From: Lachnospiraceae bacterium
Lineage (GTDB): Bacteria; Bacillota; Clostridia; Lachnospirales; Lachnospiraceae
DNA: 64,000 bases
Direction: 5' to 3'
Assembly (NCBI GenBank): GCA_017473905.1
Contig: JAFUJA010000031.1
Span: 10,914 to 74,913, forward strand
Made by a program: the position numbers and the translations under genes. Below are positions 50,025 through 61,246 of this stretch, one piece after another; the stretch's first letter is position 1, and every line of letters starts with the position of its first letter. The notes beneath the pieces were generated by a model. That model did no database searches. It saw nothing but the letters and a program-made list of their open reading frames with translations, and was not told the origin of the DNA.

Positions 50025-50258
50025 ATGTTACATCCCTCATATTCAGATTTAATGAACGTAGTAAACAGCGAGGTTGAACCCGGAGAACAGGCAGTTGTAA
50101 ACAGCCGTTATTCCATCGTTATGGCAACTTCCAAGAGAGCCCGTGAAATCATTGACGGAGCAGAGCCTCTTGTAAAAGACGACGGAAAAAAGGCCCTTTC
50201 CATCGCAGTTGCAGAACTGAATGAATCCAAGATTAAAATTCTTGGTGATGAAGAATAA
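50025..50258 (+). CDS. rpoZ: RNA polymerase omega subunit
   Basis: MLHPS, SRYSIVMATSKRAR, KALSIAV.E. Confidence 0.92.
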   Translation: MLHPSYSDLMNVVNSEVEPGEQAVVNSRYSIVMATSKRAREIIDGAEPLVKDDGKKALSIAVAELNESKIKILGDEE

Positions 50259-50266
50259 GATTGTCC

Positions 50267-50329
50267 AAAGTGCCCTTTTATGAGGGCACTTTCCGGATAC
50301 ATGGGAACTTCCCCTGTGTCCGTTTTTTT
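50267..50329 (+). terminator. Tandem hairpins/terminator after rpoZ
   Basis: AAAGTGCCCT...AGGGCACTTT then CGGATACA...TGTGTCCG-TTTTTTT. Confidence 0.7.
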
Positions 50330-50363
50330 ATAATAGACATTATGAAATTAGGTTGGGCGGAAC

Positions 50364-51704
50364 ATGAAGGTACTTTTTATATCGTTAGGATGCGATAAAA
50401 ATCTTGTGGATTCCGAAGAAATGTTAGGTTATTTAACAGAAGCGGGACACGAAATAACAGATGATGAATCCCTTGCAGAGGCTGTTGTTGTAAATACATG
50501 CAGCTTTATTCATGATGCCAGACAGGAGAGTGTGGATACCATTTTAGAATATGCACAGCTTCGGGAAGAAAATAAAATCAAAGCGCTTCTGGTTACCGGT
50601 TGTCTTGCCCAGCGTTACTGGGACGAATTGCTTGAAGAAATTCCGCAGATTGACGGTATTTTAGGAATTGCCGGCTGTAAGGAAATCGTCGCAGCACTTG
50701 AAAATGCCTGTCCGGAGAAGAAATACGTCAGTCTTCCCGATATTAACACGCCGGTAGCCGGTGTGAAACGCAGGGTTGTTACCACGGGAGGGCATTATGC
50801 TTATTTAAAAATTGCAGAAGGCTGCGACAAACATTGTACCTACTGCGTTATTCCCAAGATAAGAGGTAATTTCCGCTCCGTACCCATGGAAGACCTTATC
50901 GCTCAGGCAAAAGACCTTGTGGAAAACAAAGGGGTAAAAGAACTGATTCTGGTTGCCCAGGAAACTACGGTATACGGAAAAGACCTTTACGGAAAAAAGT
51001 GTCTGCCTGAACTTTTAGATGCTTTAAATGAAATAAGCGGTCTGGTCTGGATACGTATTTTATACTGTTATCCGGAAGAATTGGATGAAGCGTTGATTTC
51101 AGCAATAAAACGGAATTCCAAGGTTTGTCATTATCTTGATATCCCCATTCAGCATGCATCTGACAAAATCTTAAAAAGAATGGGAAGACGCACTACGAAA
51201 GAAGAACTGGAAGCTAAAATTGCCCTGCTTCGTAAGGAAATTCCCGACATTTGTTTGCGGACTACTCTGATTAGCGGTTTCCCCGGGGAAACACAGGAAG
51301 ACCATGAAGAAGTATGGCATTTCGTAAATGACACGGAATTTGACCGTTTGGGCGTTTTTACCTATTCTCCCGAAGAAGGTACTCCTGCGGCGGAAATGGA
51401 AGGGCAGATTCCGGAAGATGTCAAACAGGAACGACGTGACGAGTTAATGGAATTGCAGCAGGCAATCGCCTTTGAAAAAGCAGAGAACAGAGAAGGTGAC
51501 AGATTACTTGTTATGATTGAAGGAAGTATTCCGGAAGAAGGCGTTTATATTGGCCGTACTTATATGGATGCGCCTAATGTGGATGGTTTTATTTTTATTC
51601 GTACGGAGCAGACTTTAATGACAGGTGATTTTGCATCAGTTGTGGTTGCAGGTGCCAATGAATATGATTTGATAGGAGAGCTTGAAGATGAATATTGCAA
51701 ATAA
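50364..51704 (+). CDS. rimO: Ribosomal protein S12 methylthiotransferase
   Basis: SLGCDKNLVDSE, YLKIAEGCDKHCTYC radical-SAM motif, DAPNVDG TRAM domain. Confidence 0.94.
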   Translation: MKVLFISLGCDKNLVDSEEMLGYLTEAGHEITDDESLAEAVVVNTCSFIHDARQESVDTILEYAQLREENKIKALLVTGCLAQRYWDELLEEIPQIDGILGIAGCKEIVAALENACPEKKYVSLPDINTPVAGVKRRVVTTGGHYAYLKIAEGCDKHCTYCVIPKIRGNFRSVPMEDLIAQAKDLVENKGVKELILVAQETTVYGKDLYGKKCLPELLDALNEISGLVWIRILYCYPEELDEALISAIKRNSKVCHYLDIPIQHASDKILKRMGRRTTKEELEAKIALLRKEIPDICLRTTLISGFPGETQEDHEEVWHFVNDTEFDRLGVFTYSPEEGTPAAEMEGQIPEDVKQERRDELMELQQAIAFEKAENREGDRLLVMIEGSIPEEGVYIGRTYMDAPNVDGFIFIRTEQTLMTGDFASVVVAGANEYDLIGELEDEYCK

Positions 51705-52272
51705 AATAACGCTTGCAAGAGTGGTTATGATTCCTATATTTTTAGTTTTTATGATTCCTCAGTACATTCCTTTTCTTTCCGGCTGGATTGCAAATGCGGG
51801 AGAGGGAATGGTTAATATTTTTGCATGGATTGCATTGGGTATTTTCTGTCTTGCTTCCGTAACGGATTTTCTGGACGGTTATATTGCAAGAAAGTATAAT
51901 ATGGTATCTAATTTCGGTAAATTCATGGATCCCCTTGCGGATAAACTTCTGGTTTGTTCGGCATTGATTTGTCTTCTTACATTAGGCAAAATCAACGTAT
52001 GGATTGTTCTTGTTATTATTGCAAGAGATTTTATTATCAGCGGCTTCCGACTTGTGGCATCCAATAACGGTGTGGTGATTGCGGCAGATATGTCCGGTAA
52101 AATCAAAACCACGCTTCAGATGATTATGATTATATGTCTGATTCCCAATATCAGTCTTCCTTTTTACGGTATATTTGTACTTGTTTTGGAAATTCTTGTG
52201 GTAGTGCTCACGATTTATTCACTTTTTGAATGTATGATAAAAAACAAAGGTGTATTGGCAGATAAAAAGTAG
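51688..52272 (+). CDS. pgsA: CDP-diacylglycerol--glycerol-3-phosphate 3-phosphatidyltransferase
   Basis: N.ITLAR, TDFLDGYIARK...FGKFMDPLADK, GKIKT. Confidence 0.95.
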   Translation: MNIANKITLARVVMIPIFLVFMIPQYIPFLSGWIANAGEGMVNIFAWIALGIFCLASVTDFLDGYIARKYNMVSNFGKFMDPLADKLLVCSALICLLTLGKINVWIVLVIIARDFIISGFRLVASNNGVVIAADMSGKIKTTLQMIMIICLIPNISLPFYGIFVLVLEILVVVLTIYSLFECMIKNKGVLADKK

Positions 52273-52298
52273 TTGTTTTGAAAGGCAGGTAATGGAAC

Positions 52299-53570
52299 AT
52301 GGTAGCAGAAATTATTTCAGTCGGAACAGAACTTTTACTGGGAAATATCATAAATACAAATGCGGCATATCTTGCAGAAAAGTGTGCGGCTCTCGGTATT
52401 TCCTGCTATTATCAGACCGTTGTGGGAGATAATGAGGAACGTCTGACAGATACGGTTAAAACCGCCTTGAAGCGTTCAGATATTCTCATTTTAACCGGCG
52501 GATTGGGACCTACCCAGGATGATTTGACCAAGGAAGTGGTTTCCAGGGCAATGAAAAAAGAACTTGTGGAAGACCAAAAAGCAAAAGAGATGCTGATTTC
52601 TTTTTTTGAAAAAAGAGGAAAAGAGATTACGGATAATAACTGGAAACAGGCACTGGTTCCGAAGGACAGTATTGTTTTATACAATGAAAACGGTACCGCT
52701 CCCGGAATTATTATTGAAGACGGTAAAAAATGTGCGGTTCTTTTACCCGGGCCTCCCGGAGAAATGAAGCCCATGTTTGAAACCTATGTAACAGATTACC
52801 TGAAGAAAAAGAGCCCTCAGGTAATTTCATCCGTTACGGTAAAAATATGCGGTATCGGCGAGAGTAAGGTTGAATCCATGATTCAGGATATGCTTGAAAA
52901 ACAGGAGAATCCTACGATTGCACCCTATGCAAAAACAGGTGAAGTGCATTTACGTGTTACGGCAAGTGATGTGGATGAAAAGGCAGCAATGAAGCGCATT
53001 AAACCTGTTGTAAAGAAGCTGAAATCCCGTTTTGCCAATGATATTTATACCACGGATGAAAAAATTACGTTGGAGCATGCAGTAGTTGATTTGCTTTTAA
53101 GCAATAAGCTTACATTATGTACGGTAGAATCCTGTACGGGTGGTATGCTTGCATCCCGTCTGATTAATGTGCCCGGGGTTTCCGATGTGTTTAAAAGCGG
53201 TCATGTGACCTATTCGAATAAGGCAAAAAAGAAAATAACAGGGGTTAAAAAACGTACCCTTGAAAAACATACGGCGGTAAGTGCTCAGGTAGCAGAAGAA
53301 ATGGCAAAGGGTGGTTCCCTTGCTTCCAAGGCTGATGTCACAGTTTCCGTTACCGGTCTTGCAGGTCCGGATGGCGGTACGGAAAAGAAGCCTGTGGGGC
53401 TTGTTTATATTGCCTGCTACGTAAAAGGCAAAACCACCGTAGAGGAATATCATTTTAGCGGAAACAGAAGTAAAATCAGGGAAAATGCCACCGCGGCAGC
53501 TCTCATTTTAATGCGAAGATGTGTATTGGAATATATTACGGAAGTTTCTTTTGGTAAGAAGGAATCTTAG
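52299..53570 (+). CDS. cinA: Competence/damage-inducible protein A (NMN deamidase)
   Basis: VGTELLLG...NTN, GGLGPTQDD, ESCTGG, TYSN.AK, TGLAGPDGG. Confidence 0.94.
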   Translation: MVAEIISVGTELLLGNIINTNAAYLAEKCAALGISCYYQTVVGDNEERLTDTVKTALKRSDILILTGGLGPTQDDLTKEVVSRAMKKELVEDQKAKEMLISFFEKRGKEITDNNWKQALVPKDSIVLYNENGTAPGIIIEDGKKCAVLLPGPPGEMKPMFETYVTDYLKKKSPQVISSVTVKICGIGESKVESMIQDMLEKQENPTIAPYAKTGEVHLRVTASDVDEKAAMKRIKPVVKKLKSRFANDIYTTDEKITLEHAVVDLLLSNKLTLCTVESCTGGMLASRLINVPGVSDVFKSGHVTYSNKAKKKITGVKKRTLEKHTAVSAQVAEEMAKGGSLASKADVTVSVTGLAGPDGGTEKKPVGLVYIACYVKGKTTVEEYHFSGNRSKIRENATAAALILMRRCVLEYITEVSFGKKES

Positions 53571-53601
53571 TTTGTTTTGGTGTTTTAAGAGGAGAATGTA
53601 A

Positions 53602-55434
53602 ATGGCGGATAACAGTATGTATAAATATGTGTTTTGCCCTCATTGCGGGGCAGTTACGTACCCCGGAAGGTGTACCATGTGCGGAATGGATGTGGCTGCG
53701 GGTGTGCAGGAAGATGTGTTTGGAAGCTATGATAACGATGTAACGGATCGTTTTCCTTCCGATGCAAAATCCCAGGGCGCATACCGGTATTACACTGACG
53801 AGCCTGCAAGTGAGTCGGAGCCGGTATTTGATAATGTTACAAATTACAATACTACGGTTACGGAAGTGATTCCTCAGTCGGTTATACCGGAGGAAGCTGT
53901 TGTGCAGACAACTCCTGCAGACGGAGTGATTCCGCAGTCAGTTTCGGCAAACGAAGCAACTTCACAGGCAGTTGCGGCAGAAGAGGTTGCTTCTTCGAAT
54001 GGAAATATGCCGGTTTTCGGCGAAACGGATTATAATGCGTATTCCTTCGGATACGGGGAATCGGATAAAACTTCTGCCTATCAGACTGAAAAGATGAATG
54101 CATTCGATTATAACAGGGAATTTGATACAATCGATACAAGCAACGACGGTAAAACGAAGAAAAAAGTCGGAATCTTTCTTGTTGTATTTTTAGGAAGCGT
54201 TCTCGGTGTAGGGGGTCTGGCACTTGTATGTATTGTTGTCGCAATTGTTTTTCTGTTTTCTACCGCACTTGTTAATACAGGCTCTTCAAGCAGTATCACT
54301 TCGACCTATCCTCCTACAACTACGTTGCCTACAACTCCTACAGAGGAACGGGAAGTATATTCTTTGGAGAAAATTCATGATTCTTCAGGAAACGTAGACT
54401 GGACTGTTGTAGCTGATGAGTTTACCTCATTTCAGGACGGACGCAACCCCGGCGGAGATTTATTCCTTGTGGAAGATTATATGAGTACCTTTGATTCCGA
54501 TCATGTAAATCAGCCCAGAACATCTTTTACGGGAATCTATTATGAACCATTCTGTGAGAGTATTGATTATAATCAGGATTATGTACCGGTGCGTTATATT
54601 TTGAATGCATCGAAGACAAACGCTGCAGGAACGGACCAGATGGAAATGGATTATGCCTATATTGCTTATTATCAGCTTGAAAGTGATAACATTCCCAATC
54701 TTGATTCTTTGAATGCGGAAATTAAGGAAATTACTGCCGGTGAGCTTTTAAAACTGGTAAACGGTCAGACGGATCCTAACAATGAACAGGACGTTGGAAT
54801 TGAAGTAGATTCTTTTATTACCTATAATGATGAGGTGAAAATGAGTATCCTTCTGGATGTTAATCTTTATATGGACGGATATCGGGAAGTTCATTATATT
54901 CACGGCATTAATATTGATTTGGAAAATGGTGTTGTTTTAGATAACTCATCCATTGCAAATATTGATGATACTTTTGTAAGTAAATTTTTAAGCAAATGCG
55001 AATCTCAGAACGGAAGCGCCGCTTCTTTAAGTGAATACATGACTGATGAGGAAATTTTTGAATTCCTTACTGATGCGGAAACCAACATTATTTTCTTTAG
55101 TCCCTACGGTCTTGAAATCGGATTTGGGGCAATTGATGAATATGGTAACTGGGGGTGGTCAACCATTACCATACTGGATATGGTGGATTACTTAAATGAC
55201 CAGCGTTTTGCTTCCATTACTGACCCTTCCCTTACGGTATCCGAATCAGACGTTGCGAATAAAATCATCACATCTGATGAATACTTTCAAAATACTTCCG
55301 GTTCGGATGAAAATGAGGATTCCACAGAATCATCTTCTGAGGAAGAAGGTTCCGAAGACGGCAGCGAAGAGCCGGAAGAGAGTACAACGGAGAAGCCGGA
55401 TGATACTTTCGTGGGACCGATAGAATCGTTATAA
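53602..55434 (+). CDS. Hypothetical single-pass membrane protein: N-terminal zinc ribbon, disordered linker, TM helix, acidic extracellular domain
   Basis: CPHC..CTMC; KTKKK followed by a long hydrophobic stretch; S/T/P linker; D/E-rich C-terminus. Confidence 0.75.
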   Translation: MADNSMYKYVFCPHCGAVTYPGRCTMCGMDVAAGVQEDVFGSYDNDVTDRFPSDAKSQGAYRYYTDEPASESEPVFDNVTNYNTTVTEVIPQSVIPEEAVVQTTPADGVIPQSVSANEATSQAVAAEEVASSNGNMPVFGETDYNAYSFGYGESDKTSAYQTEKMNAFDYNREFDTIDTSNDGKTKKKVGIFLVVFLGSVLGVGGLALVCIVVAIVFLFSTALVNTGSSSSITSTYPPTTTLPTTPTEEREVYSLEKIHDSSGNVDWTVVADEFTSFQDGRNPGGDLFLVEDYMSTFDSDHVNQPRTSFTGIYYEPFCESIDYNQDYVPVRYILNASKTNAAGTDQMEMDYAYIAYYQLESDNIPNLDSLNAEIKEITAGELLKLVNGQTDPNNEQDVGIEVDSFITYNDEVKMSILLDVNLYMDGYREVHYIHGINIDLENGVVLDNSSIANIDDTFVSKFLSKCESQNGSAASLSEYMTDEEIFEFLTDAETNIIFFSPYGLEIGFGAIDEYGNWGWSTITILDMVDYLNDQRFASITDPSLTVSESDVANKIITSDEYFQNTSGSDENEDSTESSSEEEGSEDGSEEPEESTTEKPDDTFVGPIESL

Positions 55435-55712
55435 ATGACTCAAAAAATAAAAGCAGGAGAAAAGTTTAGACTTTTCTCTTGTTTTTTTATAAAAGAATAT
55501 GGTATTATAGTCACACATTTTATGTGCCGATTCCCGGTACATCATTTCCGGATGGTATGCTCCGTCCGCTTTTTCATGGCTTATTCAGCTGCTATTTTCC
55601 CAAAAGTGATAATAAAAGAAGGGGAGGGATGCCTTTGAGGGATTTTTATTGGACAGATTCCGTGTTATTTTAGTAGTGTCAAAGGGATTTATAATAAAAT
55701 CATAAAAAATCA

Positions 55713-55759
55713 TTGACAAAACCGAACATTTGTTTTATTCTAAAAAAGAACAAATGTTT
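55713..55759 (+). promoter_or_regulatory. recA promoter with two LexA (SOS/Cheo) boxes
   Basis: TTGACA(55713)-17 nt-TATTCT; GAAC-ATTT-GTTT at 55724-55735 and GAAC-AAAT-GTTT at 55748-55759 (Firmicute consensus GAAC-N4-GTTC). Confidence 0.85.
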
Positions 55760-55861
55760 GCGTGAATGATAAAAAGAAAAAACAGAGAAAGGATAATATG
55801 CAAATCATTCTTTTTATCGTAGATTTGCGCCTTATACAGTGAAATAAGGCTTGGTGACGAA

Positions 55862-56923
55862 ATGGATAGAGAAGATAAGAAAAAAGCCCTTGAAGCGGCT
55901 TTATCCCAGATTGAAAGACAGTTTGGTAAGGGAGCGGTTATGAAACTGGGAGACCCTGCCAGTCAGATGAATGTGGAGACAATTCCCACAGGTTCTTTAA
56001 GCCTTGATATAGCATTGGGTCTCGGAGGAATTCCCAAGGGACGTATTATTGAAATTTACGGACCTGAATCCAGTGGTAAGACAACAGTAACATTACATAT
56101 GATTGCAGAAATCCAGAAAAGAGGCGGTATTGCCGGCTTTATTGATGCAGAGCATGCACTGGATCCTTCTTATGCCAAGGCAATCGGTGTTGATGTGGAC
56201 AATATGTATATTTCACAGCCTGATAATGGTGAACAGGCACTTGAGATTACAGAAACCATGGTTCGTTCCGGTGCAATTGATATCGTTGTAGTGGACTCGG
56301 TAGCGGCACTTGTGCCTAAGGCTGAATTAGATGGTGAAATGGGAGATTCTCACGTTGGTCTTCAGGCTCGTCTTATGTCTCAGGCATTGAGAAAACTTAC
56401 CGGTGCAATCGGACGTTCCAATTGTACGGTTATCTTTATTAACCAGTTACGTGAAAAAGTTGGTGTTTTTTACGGCAATCCTCAGGTTACCACCGGTGGT
56501 AATGCCTTGAAGTTTTATTCTTCCGTAAGACTTGAAATTCGCCGTGTAGAGCAGTTGAAACAGGGCGGAGATATTATCGGTAACCGTACCAGAGCCAAAA
56601 TTGTTAAGAATAAGATTGCTCCTCCTTTTAAGGAAGCAGAATTTGATATCATGTTCGGCGAAGGTATCTCCTTTGAGGGAGATGTACTTGACCTTGCTGC
56701 AGAGGTTGGCATTATCAGTAAAAGCGGTGCATGGTATGCATATGACGGAAATAAAATCGGTCAGGGACGTGAAAATGCCAAGATATATCTGAAGGAAAAT
56801 CCTGACGTTTGTGCAGAAGTAGAGCAGAGAGTTAGAGCTCACTATAATCTTGCCGGAACCGCTTCGGAAATGGACGGAAAGTCTGAGAAGAAAGCAAAGA
56901 AAGAAGTAAGTGAAGAAGTATGA
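55862..56923 (+). CDS. recA: Recombinase A
   Basis: [42 protein letters not shown]. Confidence 0.98.
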   Translation: MDREDKKKALEAALSQIERQFGKGAVMKLGDPASQMNVETIPTGSLSLDIALGLGGIPKGRIIEIYGPESSGKTTVTLHMIAEIQKRGGIAGFIDAEHALDPSYAKAIGVDVDNMYISQPDNGEQALEITETMVRSGAIDIVVVDSVAALVPKAELDGEMGDSHVGLQARLMSQALRKLTGAIGRSNCTVIFINQLREKVGVFYGNPQVTTGGNALKFYSSVRLEIRRVEQLKQGGDIIGNRTRAKIVKNKIAPPFKEAEFDIMFGEGISFEGDVLDLAAEVGIISKSGAWYAYDGNKIGQGRENAKIYLKENPDVCAEVEQRVRAHYNLAGTASEMDGKSEKKAKKEVSEEV

Positions 56924-57555
56924 TCGAAATAAGGGAAATGATTGAAATCAATTCCAAAAAAGTCAAGATTATTACGGATAATGAAATCGCCTTTGTTGTT
57001 TACAAAGGCGATTTGCGTAAGTATGGGATGAAATTACATTCCTTTATTGAGGAAGATGTATTTGAACGGTTTGTGAAGGAGGTTTTGTGTCCCCGTGCGA
57101 AAAAAAGAGGTATGTATATGCTTTCTTCCAGAGAGTATACAGTGAAGGGACTGGAACAAAAACTTCAAAATGACGGTTACCCATTTTTTGTGATTGAGGA
57201 AGCAATTGCATATCTTACGAAATATCATTACTTGGATGATGAGAGATACGCAGGGGCATTTATCCGTACATATGCCGGTGGCAGAAGCAGAAATGAAATT
57301 ATTCGTAAACTTACGGAAAAAGGAATTCATAAGGAGCTTGCGCAACGCATTTATGCGGAACAGGAAGAACTCGGGGATATTGCGGGGGATAAAAGTGTAA
57401 TAAAAGAAATATTGAAAAAGAAGTCTTTTTCCCTTGTGGACAGTACAAAAGAAGAGCGTATCAAAATGCGAAATTATTTGTACCGGAAAGGTTTTTCGGC
57501 GGACTCTATAAATGCAATGTTTAAAGAAGTCTCAGATTTTTATGATGACTTTTAG
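56920..57555 (+). CDS. recX: Regulatory protein RecX
   Basis: Overlaps recA stop (ATGA); [19 protein letters not shown]. Confidence 0.88.
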   Translation: MIEIREMIEINSKKVKIITDNEIAFVVYKGDLRKYGMKLHSFIEEDVFERFVKEVLCPRAKKRGMYMLSSREYTVKGLEQKLQNDGYPFFVIEEAIAYLTKYHYLDDERYAGAFIRTYAGGRSRNEIIRKLTEKGIHKELAQRIYAEQEELGDIAGDKSVIKEILKKKSFSLVDSTKEERIKMRNYLYRKGFSADSINAMFKEVSDFYDDF

Positions 57556-57736
57556 AAGGGCAGATTTTTTCTAAAAAGTTTCGTGATTTTTACCTCTTAC
57601 AGGAACAAGAATTGCTTGACATAACATGGTAAACAGTTTAAACTAGAAGTGTTGTAATAACGTTAATTAGAGTCATTTTAGATTCTATATTGATATTTGC
57701 ACAATGAAAACTAAATAAGGAGGTGCTCCTGTACAG

Positions 57737-59299
57737 ATGGGAAAAGTGGAACTTTGGGTTCTGCTTGTTGCCGTTCTTGTTACATTAGTTCTTTCCGCAG
57801 TTATCAGTGTTGCGATTGCTCTTACCGTATATAAGAAAAAGGTTGAGAAAAAAATCGGAAATGCTGACGAAAAAGCACGTGAAATCATTGATGAAGCTTT
57901 AAAAACCGCTGAAGCGAAGAAACGTGAAGGCTTACTTGAAATTAAAGAAGAGTCCATTAAAACCAAAAATGAACTCGACAAAGAAATCAAGGAACGCCGT
58001 GCTGAAGCTCAACGCTATGAAAGAAGAGTTCAGCAGAAAGAAGAAAGCGTTGATAAGAAGCTGGATGCAATTGAGAAGAAAGAAAGTGCTCTTGCTGCGA
58101 AAGAAGAAGAGATGGCAAAGCAGAGAGAAGTAATTTCTAAGTTGAACGAACAACGTGTACAGGAACTGGAACGAATTTCAGGATTAACCTCTGAACAAGC
58201 AAAAGAGTACTTGCTTAAAATTGTTGAAGAAGATGTGAAACATGAAACCGCTGTGCTTATTAAAGAGATGGAAAGCAGAGCGAAGGAAGAAGCTGATAAG
58301 AAAGCGAAGGAATATGTGGTTACAGCGATTCAGAAATGTGCAGCTGACCATGTGTCCGAAACAACGATTTCTGTTGTTCAGCTTCCCAGTGATGAAATGA
58401 AGGGAAGAATTATCGGTCGTGAAGGTAGAAATATTCGTACTTTGGAAACCATGACCGGTGTGGAGTTAATTATTGATGATACTCCCGAAGCAGTTGTTCT
58501 TTCCGGATTCGATCCGATTCGAAGAGAAGTTGCACGTGTTGCACTTGAGAAGCTTATTGTAGACGGTAGAATTCATCCTGCAAGAATTGAAGAAACCGTT
58601 GAAAAGGCCAGAAAAGAAGTTGAAGCATTAATTAAGGAGAAAGGTGAAGCAGCATGCCTTGATGTAGGCGTACATGGCATTCATCCCGAATTGGTAAGAC
58701 TTCTTGGTAAGATGCATTTCAGAACCAGTTATGGTCAGAATGCTTTGAAGCATTCAATGGAAGTTGCCCAGTTATCCGGCTTACTTGCTGCGGAAATGGG
58801 ACTTGATGTGAGAATGGCGAAAAGAGCCGGTTTGCTCCATGATATCGGTAAATCCGTGGATCAGGAGATGGAAGGTTCTCATATTCAGTTGGGTTCTGAT
58901 TTATGTCGTAAATACAAAGAATCCGCAATTGTTATTAATGCAGTAGAATCACATCATGGTGATGTGGAAGCAACTTCACTGATTGCGTGCATTGTACAGG
59001 CTGCAGATGCTATTTCTGCCGCAAGACCCGGCGCAAGACGTGAGACATTAGAAACATATACATCTCGATTAAAACAATTAGAAGAAATCACCAACAATTT
59101 TAAAGGCGTTGACAAGTCATTTGCTATTCAGGCAGGTAGAGAAATTCGTGTTATGGTAGTTCCTGAGCAGGTTACCGACGATGACATGGTTTTACTGGCT
59201 CGTGATATTTCCAAGCAGATTGAAGCTGAATTATCATATCCGGGACAGATTAAGGTAAATGTTATTCGTGAGTCCAGAGTAATTGATTACGCGAAGTAA
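57737..59299 (+). CDS. rny: Ribonuclease Y
   Basis: N-terminal TM, coiled coil, KH ([14 protein letters not shown]), HD (LLHDIGK), [12 protein letters not shown]. Confidence 0.96.
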   Translation: MGKVELWVLLVAVLVTLVLSAVISVAIALTVYKKKVEKKIGNADEKAREIIDEALKTAEAKKREGLLEIKEESIKTKNELDKEIKERRAEAQRYERRVQQKEESVDKKLDAIEKKESALAAKEEEMAKQREVISKLNEQRVQELERISGLTSEQAKEYLLKIVEEDVKHETAVLIKEMESRAKEEADKKAKEYVVTAIQKCAADHVSETTISVVQLPSDEMKGRIIGREGRNIRTLETMTGVELIIDDTPEAVVLSGFDPIRREVARVALEKLIVDGRIHPARIEETVEKARKEVEALIKEKGEAACLDVGVHGIHPELVRLLGKMHFRTSYGQNALKHSMEVAQLSGLLAAEMGLDVRMAKRAGLLHDIGKSVDQEMEGSHIQLGSDLCRKYKESAIVINAVESHHGDVEATSLIACIVQAADAISAARPGARRETLETYTSRLKQLEEITNNFKGVDKSFAIQAGREIRVMVVPEQVTDDDMVLLARDISKQIEAELSYPGQIKVNVIRESRVIDYAK

Positions 59300-59320
59300 T
59301 TATCTTACGAGCAATGAAAC

Positions 59321-59353
59321 AAAGGGTTTTGATTTATATCAAAACCCTTTTTT
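59321..59353 (+). terminator. Terminator after rny
   Basis: AAAGGGTTTTGA-TTTATA-TCAAAACCCTTTTTT. Confidence 0.8.
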
Positions 59354-59442
59354 ATTCCAAAAAAAATCTTGTGTATTGCAAAAACATGTAGTAGAATGTA
59401 TTGAAGTATGACTATGCAGTTTTTAGAAGCGGAGGATTTAAT

Positions 59443-60642
59443 ATGTCATTGACATTATCAGAAAAAGCGAAGAGTGTAAAACCTTCTTCCACACTTGCAA
59501 TTACAGCAAAAGCAAAGGAAATGAAGGCGAACAACATTGATGTTGTAGGATTTGGTGCCGGTGAACCGGACTTCAATACACCTGATAATATATGTGAGGC
59601 AGCAATTGATGCAATTAAAAATGGTTTTACCAAGTATACACCTGCGTCAGGTACAAATGAATTAAAAGAAGCAATTTGTAAGAAATTTGAAACCTTTAAC
59701 GGGCTTAAGTATACTCCTTCACAGATTGTAATCAGCAATGGTGGTAAGCATGGCTTAAGCAACGTTTTTGATGCGATTTTGAACCCCGGGGATGAGGTTA
59801 TTATTCCTGCACCTTATTGGTTAAGCTATCCTGAAATGGTAAAGCTTTCCGATGGTGTGCCCGTTATCATTACAGGCTCAAAGGAACAGGGGTATAAAGT
59901 AACCGCAGAGCAGATTCGTAATGCTGTAACAGATAAAACCAAAGCTCTTGTTTTAAATACTCCCAGCAATCCTACCGGTATGATTTATACCAGAGAAGAA
60001 CTGGAGGCAATTGCTGCGGTTGCTGTTGAAAAGGATTTTTATGTTGTATCTGATGAAATGTATGAATATCTTACTTATGCCGGTGAGAAGCATATCAGCA
60101 TTGCATCTTTGAATGATGAAATCTATAAAAGAACCATTACCTGTAGTGGTGTGTCCAAAAGCTATGCCATGACAGGATGGCGAATCGGATATACGGCATC
60201 AAGCGTAGAAATTGCAAAACTCATGGGAGCTATGCAGTCACATGCAACTTCTAACCCCAATTCAATTGCACAGAAAGCGACTTTGGAAGCGTTAAACGGT
60301 CCTCAGGATCAGGTGATGCTTATGTGTAAAGAGTTTGATGAGAGAAGAAAGTATATGTATGAGCGTGTTTGTAATATGCCTCTTCTTTCCTGCATTGAAC
60401 CGAAAGGCGCGTTTTATGTTTTTATTGACATTTCTGCAACCTTTGGTAAAAAATACAAAGACACAGTAATTACCACTGCAGCTGATTTTGCGGATATTTT
60501 CTTAAATGACTATGCAGTAGCAGTTGTTCCCTGTGCAGATTTCGGTTTTGCAGACCACATCAGACTTTCTTATGCAATCAGCAAAGAACAGATTGCAAAG
60601 GGTATGGACCGTCTTGAGAAATTCCTTGCAGAGTTAAAATAA
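59443..60642 (+). CDS. PLP-dependent class I/II aminotransferase (aspartate aminotransferase-like)
   Basis: GEPDF.TP, PSNPTG, SDEMY, SKSYAMTGWRIG, IRLSYA. Confidence 0.92.
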   Translation: MSLTLSEKAKSVKPSSTLAITAKAKEMKANNIDVVGFGAGEPDFNTPDNICEAAIDAIKNGFTKYTPASGTNELKEAICKKFETFNGLKYTPSQIVISNGGKHGLSNVFDAILNPGDEVIIPAPYWLSYPEMVKLSDGVPVIITGSKEQGYKVTAEQIRNAVTDKTKALVLNTPSNPTGMIYTREELEAIAAVAVEKDFYVVSDEMYEYLTYAGEKHISIASLNDEIYKRTITCSGVSKSYAMTGWRIGYTASSVEIAKLMGAMQSHATSNPNSIAQKATLEALNGPQDQVMLMCKEFDERRKYMYERVCNMPLLSCIEPKGAFYVFIDISATFGKKYKDTVITTAADFADIFLNDYAVAVVPCADFGFADHIRLSYAISKEQIAKGMDRLEKFLAELK

Positions 60643-60664
60643 GTGATTTCGATGGAGATTTGTT

Positions 60665-61213
60665 ATGGACGAATTTAAAAGATTAGAAAGAACTTTGATT
60701 CATCATGGTAAAATCATAGATTATTATCAAGACACGATTGCTGTTCCAAACGGAAATATTGTAAAATGGGATTTTATCGGTCATAAAGGTGCTGCAGCGG
60801 TAGTACCGGTTATGCCGGACGGAAAAATCCTTATGGTAAGACAGTATCGTAACGCATTAGACCGTTATACTCTTGAAATTCCCGCAGGTGGTCTTAACAG
60901 TCCGGAAGAACCGCCTTTAGAGGCTGCAAAAAGGGAATTAAAGGAAGAAACAGGGTATGAAGCTGCATCAATGGAATGGTTAATTACCATTCATACCACT
61001 GTGGCATTCTGTAATGAGCAAATTCCGATCTATGTTGCTCATATTGATGGTTCACAGGGGGCGCAGCATTTGGATGCAGATGAATTTATTAATGTGGAAG
61101 CTTGTGAAATAAAAGATCTGGAAGATTTGATTTATTCAGGCAAAATAACAGATTCCAAAACAATTGCAGCAATTATGAGTTATAAGAACAAGTTTGTGAA
61201 TTCCGAAGCATAG
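60665..61213 (+). CDS. nudF: NUDIX hydrolase (ADP-ribose pyrophosphatase)
   Basis: VRQYR, EIPAG, AAKRELKEETG, ITDSKT; nudF-spoIIM-xerD synteny. Confidence 0.85.
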   Translation: MDEFKRLERTLIHHGKIIDYYQDTIAVPNGNIVKWDFIGHKGAAAVVPVMPDGKILMVRQYRNALDRYTLEIPAGGLNSPEEPPLEAAKRELKEETGYEAASMEWLITIHTTVAFCNEQIPIYVAHIDGSQGAQHLDADEFINVEACEIKDLEDLIYSGKITDSKTIAAIMSYKNKFVNSEA

Positions 61214-61246
61214 AATAGTATAAAAGCATGAAAGGTATGCTACGGA

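Noticed and set aside
61180-61220. sigma-E-like promoter (CATAGAAT) before the spoIIM-like gene
   Set aside because: The -10 is plausible but there is no convincing -35; too weak to call by eye
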